From NCBI GenBank assembly GCA_951406725.2, contig OX597835.1, forward strand, positions 24,738,001 to 24,802,000: a stretch of 64,000 bases of DNA, in the 5' to 3' direction. Below the pieces are notes generated by a model. It was not told the origin of the DNA, did no database searches, and saw only the letters and a program-made list of their open reading frames with translations. This stretch comes from Octopus vulgaris. Its lineage: Eukaryota. Below are positions 25,063-38,970 of the stretch, one piece after another; the first letter of the stretch is position 1; each line of letters opens with the position of its first letter. The position numbers and the translations under genes were made by a program.

Positions 25063-25526
25063 CGCTTTCTCATTTGCTATTAGTCTCTGAGAATGACAGA
25101 AAATGTTCTCTAATTTTACCCTCACGGCTATCCTTTACTGGAAAGCAATACTCTCGTATTGCATTAATATTTTCACTGAAACTTCTTCACTGTTCTCGTT
25201 CTGTCAACGTTTTGGCGTTCCGTCGAGTGTACTGGCATAGATGTGGCAACATTTGAAATATTGTCGAGGTATATGTGGCTGATGAGGATAAATCAAATAT
25301 ATTTTGGCAAACATATTTTGAAGAATCTGAAACCGGTACCACATTATCCATTTCTAGGTATTTCATTTTTCAGATGTTCTTCCTAGAGGTAAGACAATTT
25401 TTTTCATGTTTGTTGCACATACGCATCTTTACTAGTACATACGCAGTGAAGCTATACATTAGCGTCGTATTTATTACGTTCCCTATTTTCCAGTAAATAT
25501 CGGTACTTCGTTGTGCCATTTATTTA

Positions 25527-25570
<44 letters not shown>

Positions 25571-25593
25571 CATATACGCACGCACGACAAATA

Positions 25594-25692
<99 letters not shown>

Positions 25693-26541
25693 GTATATAT
25701 AGTATGTATGTATGTATGTATGTATGTATGTATGGAGAAGGCTTATGGTAAAAATCGAAAACGAAAGAAATAAAAAGAAAAATGCTTGATGGATAGATGG
25801 ATGATGGGTGGATGGATGAATGGATAAATAGAAGAAAAGTGAAAGTATTTGGGGGTATACTGCCCCAAAATTTGGGAATGTAAATTGGGAAAATGACTGA
25901 GAAATTGGTAATGAGAGTGAAGGTGGTAAAATGCATCAAAGAAGATAGTACAACGCAAGATGACATAGCTCATCAGATCAAGAAGGTAAAAAGCAAGGCG
26001 TTTATACACACATGCTGAAGAGAAGAAGGAAAATGGTAGACGGAAATGAGGGAGGAACAAAAAGAGTGTTATGTGAGTAGATGCAAGGGGAAGGAAACAG
26101 CACAAGCCGTGGTGTGTGTGTGTGTGTATGTGTGCGAGAGAGAGAGAGAGAGAAAGAGAGAGATCATGTGTGTTATGGGTAGTTGTTAGGGTGTGCAGCG
26201 GTCAACAAGAAGTGGTAGGTGGAAGATGAGGAAGGGAGAAACGGCTCGAATACGGGCTTTTCATGTTTCACATTGATTTGAGCAACAGCCAATGGGGACC
26301 CCAAGTTCCGAACACCATTAAAAATATCCGTGATTTCAAATGCATTCTATTGTTGAAATCTATCGAAAATAATTAACAAATTTCTTTCGTAAGTACCAAG
26401 GAAAACAATCGTTTCATTATTATTAGATTCACTCCACAATTACTATTACAGACGGTGTGTATATCGGCTGGCGACTACATAGGCGTCTGTGGTAATATGT
26501 TACCAAGACATACTTGCTAGTGAGTGATGGCTATTGGGGTT

Positions 26542-26581
<40 letters not shown>

Positions 26582-26593
26582 CTATATATATAC

Positions 26594-26907
26594 TCTTTTA
26601 CTTGTTTCAGTCTCTTTTGCCGAACCGCTAAGTTACGGGAACGTAAACACACCAGCATCGGTTGTCAAGCGATGTTGGGGGGACAAACACAGGCACACAA
26701 ACATATATACACACACACATACATATATATATGTATACATATATACGACAGGCGTCTTTCAGTTTCCGTCTACTAAATCCACTCACAAGGCTTTAGTCGG
26801 CCGGAGGATATAGTAAAGACACTTGCCCAAGGTGCCACACAGTGAGACTGAACCCGGAACCATGTGGTTGGTAAGCAAGCAACTTACCACACAGCCACTC
26901 CTACGCC
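26594..26907 (-). mobile_element. SINE family B with an internal deletion
   Basis: Reverse complement of the family B sequence, missing about 85 bp near the tail. Confidence 0.85.
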
Positions 26908-27292
26908 GAAGACGGATAGACAGACAGATAGACAAAGGGATAGGTACATACATAATATGTATGTATGTGCATGTCTGTAAATAGAGGCAGATGAATACAT
27001 CGATACATACATGCGTATGTATGTATGATGGTTTGTATGTATGTATGATGTATGTATGTATGTATGTATGTATGTATGTATGTATGTATGTATGTATGTA
27101 GGTAGGTAGGTAGGTAGGTACATACATACGTAAGTACATACATACATGCAAGCATACATACATGTATAGATACATGCATGTATATAGTCAGACAGAGAGC
27201 CAGCCAGACAGACAGACAGAAAGATAGATATATAGGCAGATATATAGGTGGATGGATGGATGGATGGATGGATGGATGGATAGACCGACAGG

Positions 27293-27355
<63 letters not shown>

Positions 27356-27367
27356 GCAGACAGTCAC

Positions 27368-27412
<45 letters not shown>

Positions 27413-27630
27413 TAGATAGGTGGATGAATGGATGGATAGATAGACAGACAATCAGACAGACAGACAGATAGATAGACCAACAGCTATTGACAGATGGACA
27501 GACACACATACAGAAAGAAGGTGGTCGAGTGGAGAGGGGGCTACCAAAAGAAAATAAACCGATGGAACGTTAGTGGGACATATTTATATTATTTTAAACC
27601 TTGTATATCCCATCATTGTTTCCGATCTTC

Positions 27631-27644
27631 CCTGTAGGGGGCGC
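27631..27644 (+). promoter_or_regulatory. CTCF-like motif
   Basis: CCTGTAGGGGGCGC versus consensus CCASYAGRKGGCRS. Confidence 0.35.
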
Positions 27645-27744
27645 CACATGCCAAACAGCTAGTAACATTACGATCGAAAAGCGCATCCATGAGGTCGTTC
27701 TGATGAAGGTTCATTCTTTGTGTTGTCTTGCTTTCCATTTGTTT

Positions 27745-27848
<104 letters not shown>

Positions 27849-27912
27849 TGAGAGAGAGATAGAAAGAGATGAATATATGTATATAATGTGTGAGCGCGCG
27901 GGTGTGTACCGT

Positions 27913-28093
27913 TGGCGATTTTTTTCCTCTGTCTTCCCTTCTGTCGATCTTTCCTTCTCCTATGTTTCCGACGAAGAGCTCCGCTCGAAACGTTAAACCC
28001 TCCTTCTTTCCTGAGCGTCCAATAATACTATATTTGTTCCACGTCCTCGCGTTGTTGTGTTTTTTTTTGTGCTTTCTTGTTTGGATTAACTTT
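27913..28093 (+). mobile_element. Hammerhead-containing repeat family H1 (motif 27964-27998)
   Basis: GTTT-CCGACGA-A-GAGC-TCC-GCTC-GAAA-CGTT-AAAC. Second copy at 4496-4668(-). Confidence 0.72.
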
Positions 28094-28259
28094 AGGAGTG
28101 GCTGTGTGATAAGTAGCTTGTTTACCAACCACATGGTACCGGGTTCAGTCCCACTGCGTGGCACCTTGGGCAAGTGTCTTCTACTATAGCTTCGGGCCGA
28201 CCAAAGCCTTGTGAGTGGGTTTGGTAGACGGAAACTGAAGGAAGCCCGTCGTATATATG

Positions 28260-28325
<66 letters not shown>

Positions 28326-28546
28326 TGTGTGTGTTTGTGTATCTGTGTTTGTCCCCCTAGCATTGCTTGACAACCGATGCTGGTGTGTTTATGTCCCCGT
28401 TACTTAGCGATTCGTCAAAAGAGACCGATAGAATAAGTACTGGGCTTACAAAAGAATAAGTCCCAGGGTCGAGTTGCTCGATTAAAAAGGCGGTGCTCCA
28501 GCATGGCCGCAGTCAAATAACTGAAACAAGTAAAAGAGAGTAAAGA
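28094..28546 (+). mobile_element. SINE family B, near full length
   Basis: High similarity to 63005-63418, with a long internal (TA)n. Confidence 0.9.
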
Positions 28547-28573
28547 GTATATATGTATATATATACATATAGT

Positions 28574-28639
<66 letters not shown>

Positions 28640-28680
28640 CATAGATAGACATACATACAGACATACAGACAGACAGACAT

Positions 28681-28747
<67 letters not shown>

Positions 28748-28965
28748 GTCAAGCCATACTGTGTTCATCTGCTTTACTACCTCCGTAGCAGCTCGATTTG
28801 GATTTGTCTTATAGCTACTGGAGGCCTTGCCCTGCATGAGGATGTCGGAATTTATAAGTTTAAATTCATTTGAGCATCACTATCTATGTCTTTTCTATAC
28901 TGAGCATATAACAGAGAGAGAGGGGGAAAGAGAGAGAGAGACCGACAGACAGACAGAGCGTGTGT

Positions 28966-28999
<34 letters not shown>

Positions 29000-29178
29000 G
29001 AGACAGACAGAGAAAATTAGAGAGGAGGGCAGACGAGAAGACAGCGGACAGAAAGCGTAAAGGTGAGGACGAAAATACGCACACGCATGCACACACACAC
29101 ACACGTACGCAATTGCAGAAATGCACACGGAGTTAAAAAAGAGTGACAGAGAGAGGGAAAGCGAGAAGAGAGAAGGAA

Positions 29179-29225
<47 letters not shown>

Positions 29226-29551
29226 AGGAAGTTGGTAGATGTATAATTAAGTTGTAAACTGTAAGTTATCTTCCATATTGAATGTTGACCTTCGGCCTTT
29301 TCTGACGTTGTCCACTCAATCATTAGACATTAAGACACGGAGTAAATGACAGGTGGTGGTGGTAGTGGAGGTGATGGTGTTGGTGGTGGTGAACGTTGTG
29401 GTGGCGGTGATGATGTTAGTGGTGGTGGTGGTGATGGAGATAGTGATGTACAAAAATAGAATTGTTGGAATAAGTGATGCTGGTGTCAGTGAAATGGCGC
29501 GGGGGTGGAAGTGGGGTTTGGATGGTGGTGGTAGTGGGGGTAATGTGACAT

Positions 29552-29830
29552 AGTGAGTGATGTTATGTTGAGTGATCTAGTAGTGAATGATGTGGCGTGA
29601 GCGATGTGGTAGTCAGTGATGAAGAGGTGAGTGATGCAGCGGTGAGTGGTGTGCAACTGAGTGCTGTGGAAGTGAGTGATGTGGAGGTGAGTGAGGCAGC
29701 GGTGAGTAATGCAGCGGTGAGTGATGCAGCGGTGAGTGATTCAGTGGTGAGTGATGTGGAGATGAGTGATATGGTGTTGAGTGATGCAGCGGTGAGTGAT
29801 GTGAAGGTGAGTTATGTGGTAGTGAGTGAC
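29552..29830. repeat. 15-bp minisatellite (GTGAGTGATGCAGCG-like), about 18 units
   Basis: Seen directly. It produces the spurious VSDAA and HHSPL ORFs. Confidence 0.9.
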
Positions 29831-30005
29831 GTCCGAAGGCATTTCGTCCGCCTTTATTTTCTGAGTTCAAATTCTACCGAGGTTGACTTTGTCTTTTATC
29901 CCATTCAGGGTCGATAAAATAAGTTCCAGTTGATCAAAGGGGTCGATGTAATCGACTTAACCCCTCCCCCAAATTTGTTGGCCTTCTGCTAAAATTTGAA
30001 ATCAA
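29830..30005 (+). mobile_element. SINE family A, 5'-truncated
   Basis: CTGAGTTCAAATTC...GGGTCGATAAAATAAG core. Confidence 0.8.
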
Positions 30006-30097
30006 TTTTGAGCCGTTGTTATCAAACGCTAAATATTGTATCTTACACATCACCCATTTGATATCCTACATTTGGCATCGTTTCCTAATGTGTAATA

Positions 30098-30522
30098 CAG
30101 TACTTCTCAACCATGTTTAGCCCATGGACCCCTTTTGATTACTATTTTATTGTGGTGGACCCTTACAATCATTCGATGCTTTATAGAAACTTTCAAAATT
30201 CCTATTTTGTTCTTAACACGTTAACTTGTGTAGGTTGAACTATGTAAAATGTTAGAGAAAGAACTCTATCTGTTTCTTAAAATACATACCAATACATACA
30301 TCTAAAGCAGGGGTTCTCGACCATGTTTTTTTTATCTATGGACCCCTTTAATTACTATTCGATGTTTAAAAAGCTAGTTTTGTAGAACCTTCTTTCAAAA
30401 TTCCTATTTTGTTTTCCACACCTAAGAAAGAAACCTAGCTGTTTCCTGCAATAAATACATCTAAAGGAAAATGCGTTTATGGACCCCCAGGGATCATATA
30501 GACCCCGGTTGAAAACTAGTAG
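30098..30522. mobile_element. hAT-like MITE, two tandem partial copies
   Basis: Left ends CAGTACTTCTCAACC and CAGGGGTTCTCGACC, right end GGTTGAAAACTAGT. 30098-30306 resembles 30308-30466. Confidence 0.6.
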
Positions 30523-30911
30523 TGTTAAATCATTATATCTTCGAAATATTTGCTTTCATATTATGTCCTAGAATATATAGTACTGTTTTTGTATATTGTA
30601 GATGCCTCATCTAAATACCGCTTCAGTGTAACAGAAATGGGAACATAAAAATGGATCCTACCAGAAGTTCTCCTCACACAATCATATTTATGCTTCATAA
30701 AATCCTACTTATCTTGGCCGGTCGCCATACTATCTGGGAAATATTTGCATTTGACAATGTTATGATATATATGCGCGAACACACGCACACACAGGAACAA
30801 ACATTAACACGTGACGTATATATAAGTATGTGTGTGAGAGTGGAATAACTAACACAATGAATGTGTATACTTTATATATATATATATAAAGAGAGAAGTA
30901 AATAGATTGAT

Positions 30912-30948
<37 letters not shown>

Positions 30949-31009
30949 TAGATAAATAGATAGATAGATAGATATACAGACAGATATATGCATACATACA
31001 TATAATATG

Positions 31010-31105
<96 letters not shown>

Positions 31106-31241
31106 AAAACACACACACACACACATATATATATATTAAATACTCATATATATATACACACACACGTGTGTGCGTGTGTGGCACCTTGAGCAAGCATCTT
31201 CTATCAACAAGTACACATCCATCATCATATTTATATATTCG

Positions 31242-31303
<62 letters not shown>

Positions 31304-31450
31304 CAAACATTTGTATATATACATATATACACATATTAATAGCAGGGAATATAAAATAGTAGAGAATATAAAATTCGAAGACAACAGGGGAAAACAAACT
31401 CAATTTAGTAATACTGAATCAAATTTCACGATATATTATATATATATATA

Positions 31451-31507
<57 letters not shown>

Positions 31508-31605
31508 CACATATATAGATGCACGCACACACATGTGGTGTTTCCATTCAAAATGGAGATGAACACCATTCCTCCATGTGATCGGTTTGAAAAATTATAA
31601 ATTAA

Positions 31606-31755
31606 CCTATTTTAACCCAGCTTAACCCTGTCGAAATTTTGAAAATAGTTCTATTAATAGGGATAACAAACATATAGAAGCGTCCAGTTAACCTTTAATG
31701 CAGTAAACAAACCAAATACAATTGTCCCCAAACCAGAGTAGTGGGTTAAAATGGG
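31606..31755. mobile_element. piggyBac-like MITE
   Basis: TTAA|CCTATTTTAACCCA ... TGGGTTAAAATGGG|TTAA: TTAA on both sides and a 14-bp TIR with one mismatch. Confidence 0.55.
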
Positions 31756-32245
31756 TTAATATATTTTCTTAATATGCGAAAGCGTCGACGGAAAGAAAGA
31801 GGATCGGAGAAACTGTAAACCAAATCCCCCCCCTCTCACTTTTTTTTACTATTTTCATTTCTCCCTTCTATTTTTCCCTCTTAACTCATTATGACTTGTC
31901 GATTACCACTAACATTAATGAAATTTGTGTATTCAAACAAATTCATATAGTTTTAATATTATTGACTGCTATATGAACGTTCAAACTGTCCTCGTAATTC
32001 ACAATGCTAAATTTATCTGTTTCGAACATTTTAATTTGTCAACATTGAAACGTTTAAACATGTTTTTCTAATTCATAATTTTAAACTTTTACCATTGATA
32101 AACAAAAAATATTGTTGAAACAAGTTTGGTACATATGTAAATAAATGTATTTTAAACATTTACGAGTTTTTGAAATTTAGGTGCATTTTCAACAACACAT
32201 TTTCCTGCGTGGAAACACCCCGCTCTTTTGCTATATATATATATG

Positions 32246-32318
<73 letters not shown>

Positions 32319-32345
32319 ATGTATGTATGTATATATACATACATA

Positions 32346-32576
32346 TTTCTTTATTACCCACAAGGGGCTAAACACAGAGGGGACAAACAAGGACAGACAT
32401 AGGTATTAAGTCGATTACATCAACCCCAGTGCGTAACTGGTACTTAATTTATCGACCCCGAAAGGATGAAAGGCAAAGTCGACCTCGGCGGAATTTGAAC
32501 TCAGAACGTAACGGCAGACGAAATACGGCTACGTATTTCGCCCGGCGTGCTAACGTTTCTGCCAGCTCGCCGCCTT
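32346..32576 (-). mobile_element. SINE family A, full-length monomer
   Basis: Reverse complement of the 396-627 type. TSD-like TATACATACATA on both sides. Confidence 0.9.
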
Positions 32577-33235
32577 ATACATACATATATACAATACGCA
32601 TATATATCTACATCCGTACACGTATATACATAGATTAATTTCTAGTTGGCTATTTTCATGAAACAATTAAAAGATATTTTTTTTCTTTCATTTTGAATAA
32701 GATCATTTATCTTTTTTCATAATCACGGATCGACTTCCCCAGAAATTGTTTTCTCATCATTTTGGTGTGGTCTGGACGTAAATTAAAATATTTCAAGAAT
32801 TATAAATGGATATTTTAAAAACAATGATGAATTTCCTCTTGTTCTTTTGCAGAGAAAAAACAAAAAACAAAACAAAACAAAACAAAAAAGTATTTGAAAA
32901 CATTTAACGAATATTTCTAAAATATTTTGGAAATCATTCTTGGTTCACCGAAACGGAAGTCATTTTTAGATTGTTTTTCTTTGTTTTGTTTTTTCTACAG
33001 ATGATGCTATGAGTCTCCATTGTGTATATTCAATGCCAAATTTTCTCTCAAGTCAATGTAATAGCTTTGGAATACGGGAACATATTTCAACTTCAGTCAT
33101 ATCCGTGTGTGTTCGGGCAAGAAAGGAACAAATTGCATCTGGGACTTTCTTAAACGTCCCTCTGAACTGAATATCTTAGCCATCGTCATTCAATGTAACA
33201 TTTCGTGGCTGCTGCTACTACAACCACTACTGCTC

Positions 33236-33368
33236 AGGTCGACTTTGCCTTTCAACCTTTCGGGGTCGATAAATTAAGTACTTGTCAAGTACTGGGGTCG
33301 ATGTGATCGATTATACCCCTCCCCACAGATTTCAGGCCTTGTGCCTATAGTAGAAAGGATTATTATTA

Positions 33369-33420
<52 letters not shown>

Positions 33421-33636
33421 CAAGGCGGTGAGCTGGCAGAATCATTAGCACGTTGGACGAAATGCCGCTAAGCATTTCGTCCGTCTTTATGTTCTGAGTT
33501 CAAATTCCGCCGAGGTCACTTTTGCCTTTCATCCTTTCGGGATCGATAAATTAAGTACCAGTGAAACACTGGGATCGATGTAATCGATTTATCCCCTCTC
33601 CCAAAACTGCTGCCCTTGTGGCAAAATTTGAAACCA
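33236..33636 (+). mobile_element. Two SINE A copies (33236-33360 3' part, 33422-33636 full) separated by (ATT)n
   Basis: Both have the family A core, with two different 3' tails. Confidence 0.88.
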
Positions 33637-33702
33637 TTATCATCATCATCATCATCATCATCATAAGAGATTTCTTCTTTGAGACCTATACTATTCTCTC
33701 TT

Positions 33703-33749
<47 letters not shown>

Positions 33750-33941
33750 CACACACCACATTCACACACATACGCGCGCACACACGTATCACTTTCCCAT
33801 AAAATAGTTTTAAAATAGTTCAAAAACGATATTTTCTATTTTAAATCAAATTAATTCATCTTCTTTTCGAATATTTTTCATTACTCCTGGATCTAAACCA
33901 CACTAATGATAAAAAGGAAATTTTTAAATGGTCAGAGTCTA

Positions 33942-34392
33942 TAACACTGTGTAACACGAGTTTTGTCCTTGGGTAGCAACTGTTATTTTCTATCTGCTTA
34001 CCCCTGGAAAGTATGAAAAATGGCCAATATTTCCATCAAACTTTACTTTCTTCAAACTTGTCTCCACCTGAATAGCTCGAAGTAAACTGAACTGTTGAGC
34101 TTACATTCATTGTATTTATACTGCGATCTATGTTGTCAGAACGTTCTAGAAAGTTCTAGAAAATTCTAGAAAATTCTAGAAAATTCTGCTTCAGCAACAA
34201 AGCACTTAATCTATCTGAAATGTGATGGAAAATATGTCAGTTTCTAAACATTTGATGTCCAGATCAAAAAAGCAAAGTGTGAAGGGAATAGTAGCCATTT
34301 CCTTTGATTCCTGAATAGAGGCAAATAGGGAATAAAATTTTCGGACCAAAGACAAAAAGTAAAATCTTTTTAAATTTTGTTACATGGAGTAA
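33942..34392. mobile_element. Non-autonomous DNA transposon with long imperfect TIRs
   Basis: TAACACTGTGTAACA ... TGTTACATGGAGTAA. Right half also present at 7165-7343. Confidence 0.6.
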
Positions 34393-34941
34393 TTATAAAG
34401 GAGACGTGCTTTATGAGACATTTGTCTGCTATTTCTAGCATGTTAAGCAACGCGTAGACAATCTCTTGTTGCTTGAATAAATAAGGATATGTAACAGAGA
34501 CAAAAATCCTCTAAATTACAGCAGAGAGCTGGTGTAAAGTACTCCGTACTTGAGTACTTGATTGGTACACATTTTATTGAACCCGGAAAGATGAAAAGGG
34601 GAAAATGGACCCCTGTTGGGATTTGAATCAGAACAGATTAAAAAATTGGGGCAATCAAAGTCAACCCCCGATGGGATTTGAACTTGGAAACGTAAAGGAT
34701 CTTGACTGCGTGGCGCCAGATATTTTTGCTCACCACAACAGATTCTGTTACTCCGTAGCGTTTACGTATGTGTGTGTGTGTGTGTGTGTGTGCGTGCGTG
34801 TGTGTGTGTGTGCGTGTTTTGCATGATGTGTATTCGTTTGTTTTATTTGTATGTACACGCACACACACACACATATATGTATATATGTATGTATGTACAT
34901 ATATATATACATATATATACTTATGTGTGAGGGCTCACGCG

Positions 34942-35069
<128 letters not shown>

Positions 35070-36006
35070 GGCATATATATATGCGTGTGTGTGTATTGGA
35101 AGGAAAGCAAAGAAGAACGGAAGGAGAAAAGAAAGAAAACGAAAAAGAATCACCTCTTCCCTACTCCCGTTTCATAAAAAAAAAAAAAAAACATATAAAA
35201 AAGGAAAGGAAACAAAAAAAAAACATGGCGTAAAAACATGGTGGTCGGGGAGGCGTTAGTGAAAGAGCATGAGCTAAGGTTTGATTTATTTATTTATTTT
35301 TTTATTTATTTGGCAAGTTAAATAAGACGATGAGGTTAGCTCTGGGGTACTTCCTGACTCCATTTTCAATTAAAAGACCATCATTGCTAATTAACTAAAC
35401 TAAACTTATTCAGTAGGGCAAACATTATCCTTAATTCTAATTTAAAACAGAAACGAGGCTACATCGACAAAACGGTGACTTCATAAAACTATTACACTGA
35501 TATTAAACATTATTAAACATTATTGAAAGACGGTGATGAAAATTTAAGGCAAAAAACAGGCTTCCGCCGACGAGACTTGAGCCTATGTATTTTGCTGTCG
35601 GTGTCAATCGGCAAGCGGCACGTGCGGAGTTCGATATTGATCCGTAGATTTGTTGTGGTTTTAAATTTTATCTTATTATATGTTTATTTATTTATTTATT
35701 TAGCTGTTTAAAATTTGCGCCTGTAATAGGCGTTGTTCTGTTGCTAAAAAAGTCGATTTGCAACCCTATGGTTTCGAGTTCAGCCCCGCTATGCAGAACT
35801 TTGGGTAAGTGCTTTTTACAGGCCAGCCAATGCCTGGTGAGTGAATTTCATAGACGGACACTGTGAGAATACCCGTCGTATACAAACATACATGCATACA
35901 TATATATTCACTCAAACACACTCACAATCACACATATATATGGTGGGGTGTATATATATATATATATTCTTGTAAGTATGTGTATATATATATATGTGTA
36001 TGTATG

Positions 36007-36065
<59 letters not shown>

Positions 36066-36087
36066 GCATGTAAGTATGTATGTATAA

Positions 36088-36134
<47 letters not shown>

Positions 36135-36264
36135 TGTAGTAATAATATAAATATTAATCCATGGATGGAATTCATAAATATTTTAATACATCGCTATATA
36201 TAAATTCCATCCATGGATTATCATTATTGTTGTTGATGTTGACGCTGTTATTATTATTATCATT

Positions 36265-36303
<39 letters not shown>

Positions 36304-36305
<2 letters not shown>

Positions 36306-36672
36306 AGACACTGAGCTGGCAGAATCGTTAACACGCCGGGCGAAATGCTTAGCGGTATTTCGCCTGCCGCTACGTTCTGAGTTCAAATTCCGCCGAGGTC
36401 GACTTTGCCTTTCATCCTTTTGGGGTCGATTAAATAAGTACCAGTTACGCACTGGGGTCGATATAATCGACTTAATACGTTTGTCTGTCCTCTCTGTGTT
36501 TAGCCCCTTGTGGGTAGTAAAGAAATAGGTATTTCGTCTATCGCTACGTTCTAAGTTCAAATTCCGCCGGGGTCGATTTTGTCTTTCATCTTTTCAGGTT
36601 CGAATAAATAAGTATCAGTTACGCACTGGGGTCGATGTGATCGACTTAATCCCTTCCCCCAAGTTTGAGACC
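36304..36672 (+). mobile_element. SINE family A, dimeric form
   Basis: Head, core and tail 1, then a second B-box and core. Preceded by (GTT)n. Confidence 0.88.
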
Positions 36673-36677
36673 AAGAA

Positions 36678-36870
36678 TGTGTGTGGTGGGCTCGAGCGAA
36701 AGGTTTAGAGACAAACACTTTCCTCTCTGGCCAATCGCTCATCAACTTTTTCAAGTACCATTTGAAAAGGAAGGTGAGAATAGAGAGGCAAGTTTTGTCT
36801 CATGAAAGATTCAATACAAGGTGGGTGGGTGTAGCAAACATGGTACGTGCGAATGACGAAAGGATGATAA
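36678..36870 (+). mobile_element. Probable L1/Tx1-type LINE ORF2 C-terminal fragment
   Basis: VWWARAK...LINFFKYHLKRKVRIERQVLSHERFNTRW resembles the IWxxR...FxxxW end of Tx1-like ORF2 (from memory). Confidence 0.5.
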
Positions 36871-37676
36871 CGGAAACAAGATGTTTTCTTTAAAAACTCT
36901 GCTAACAAGGAAGTTGCCGGTCAAAATTAACGCTGAAGAGAAAATAGAACCATGTATATACCTACATACATGCATGTAGGTATACATACAAACATACATA
37001 CAAACATACATATATACATACACACATGCATACATACATACATACATACATACATACATACATACATACATACATACATAAAACATACATACATACAAAC
37101 ATACATATATGTATGCATACATACAAACATACATACATACATACATGCATACGTACATACATACATACATACATACATACATACATACATACATACATAC
37201 ATACATACATACATACATACATAGAGAATCTGTGCTAAAAATTACATCTCAGAATAACAAATCCGCATCTATACAAAAATTAATGGTAAGATTAGTTCCA
37301 CTACTTCATAGTTACGTGAAAGTCACGAAAAGCTGGGCTTTTCAGGCATAAAAAGTGAGTATCAAGTGTGCACATAGCGAATTGATTAAGTAATTGGACG
37401 ACAGTAAACATACAAAACCTTACTAAATACCATTGTGTACCACCTTATCATTATTTGTAGTTTCTAGCGATGCAAATTTTGGTGTTTTTATTAGAAATGG
37501 GATCTTTGTTTTATTGAAAGGAATCTAAGGATTAAATCATAAAGATAACGATCGTAATATCTCATATACAAATATAAACATGAAATTGCTTAAATACCGG
37601 AATTTGTTATGTGTATGCGCTTTCAAACACATGCAAGTACATACAAACACATACTTGTGCGTGTGTGTGTATGTGC

Positions 37677-37721
<45 letters not shown>

Positions 37722-37836
37722 TATATATATACATGCATATATACATGTAAACATACAAACATACATACATACATGCATATGTATAATCATGAAAAACATA
37801 TATTCATGCATGCTTATACACACGCATGTATATGTA

Positions 37837-37926
<90 letters not shown>

Positions 37927-37952
37927 CATGCATACATACATACATATACATA

Positions 37953-37993
<41 letters not shown>

Positions 37994-38200
37994 GCATATA
38001 TTTATATGCATAGATATGCATGCATACATACACACACACATACATACATACATATACATGCACTTAATTTAGGGATAGGAGAAGGGGATGAGGAAAAGGT
38101 GGGGATGATGGTGGGAGACTGAGAAAGTTATGTTCGGTAGGTTGCGAAAGATAACCCATGCTTATTATTTTTAACAAAAATCGTTGATAAAACATACATG

Positions 38201-38214
38201 CCGCAGGGTGGCGC
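38201..38214 (+). promoter_or_regulatory. CTCF-like motif
   Basis: CCGCAGGGTGGCGC in unique DNA. Confidence 0.3.
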
Positions 38215-38521
38215 TTGCATCGTTATCTTAAACTAGCGATAAACTCTTGCCAGCTCTTTTACCTCGTAAACTCCTTGCGGTTGTTGAATTCTGATACCTG
38301 AAATAAGGGGATCGTAAATTCTGATATCCTTTATATTAACTTACTCTGTCTGTTTGTCTGTCTGTCTGTGTTTCTCTATCTTTCTGTCTGTGTCTCTCTT
38401 TCTCTGTGTTTTCTTCTCTCTTTTGTGTCTGAATTTAAGTGTATATGTATGTATGTATATAAATATACATTATATATGTGTGTGTATGTATATATATATA
38501 TATCTTTCTCTCTTTCTCTTT

Positions 38522-38621
38522 TCGACCAGGCTATCAGATGTTGCTACATATCGCTGGTCACAATGCGCTTCGCATTGTTTTAGCCTTCAAATGACGCCAC
38601 CCCGCTGGCTGAGTGAGCAGG

Positions 38622-38624
<3 letters not shown>
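38522..38624 (+). repeat. Short repeat next to (TA)n (second copy 57148-57272, minus strand)
   Basis: CGACCAGGCTATCAGATGTTG...GACGCCACCCGCTGGCTGAGTGAGCAGGC. Confidence 0.8.
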
Positions 38625-38692
<68 letters not shown>

Positions 38693-38970
38693 TTTAAAGC
38701 TGCAAAACATCACCAAAAACTGCTACTCAGAGTTTCACGTTCTGAGCGGTTTTGATTGAGAAAACTGTTGTGGCACTCTAACCACTGAGCCGTGCACCTT
38801 CATAGGCACGCGCGCACACATAAACACAGACATACACAAACAAACACATACACACACACAAAACTATCCGACAAAGGAGAACGTAAAACTTTGAGTAGTA
38901 GTTTTTGGTGATATTTTTGTGATGTTTTTCAGTTTTAACGATAAAGCATATCACTCTACCTCCGGCATTC
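38693..38970. mobile_element. Diverged family H2 fold-back (arms about 38693-38745 and 38862-38970)
   Basis: CTGCTACTCAGAGTTTCACGTTC (reverse arm) and TCCGACAAAGGAGAACGTAAAACTTTGAGTAG (forward arm). Confidence 0.6.

Noticed and set aside
29597-29917. VSDAA-repeat ORF as a structural protein
   Set aside because: It is a 15-bp minisatellite open on both strands that runs into a SINE, with no splice support.
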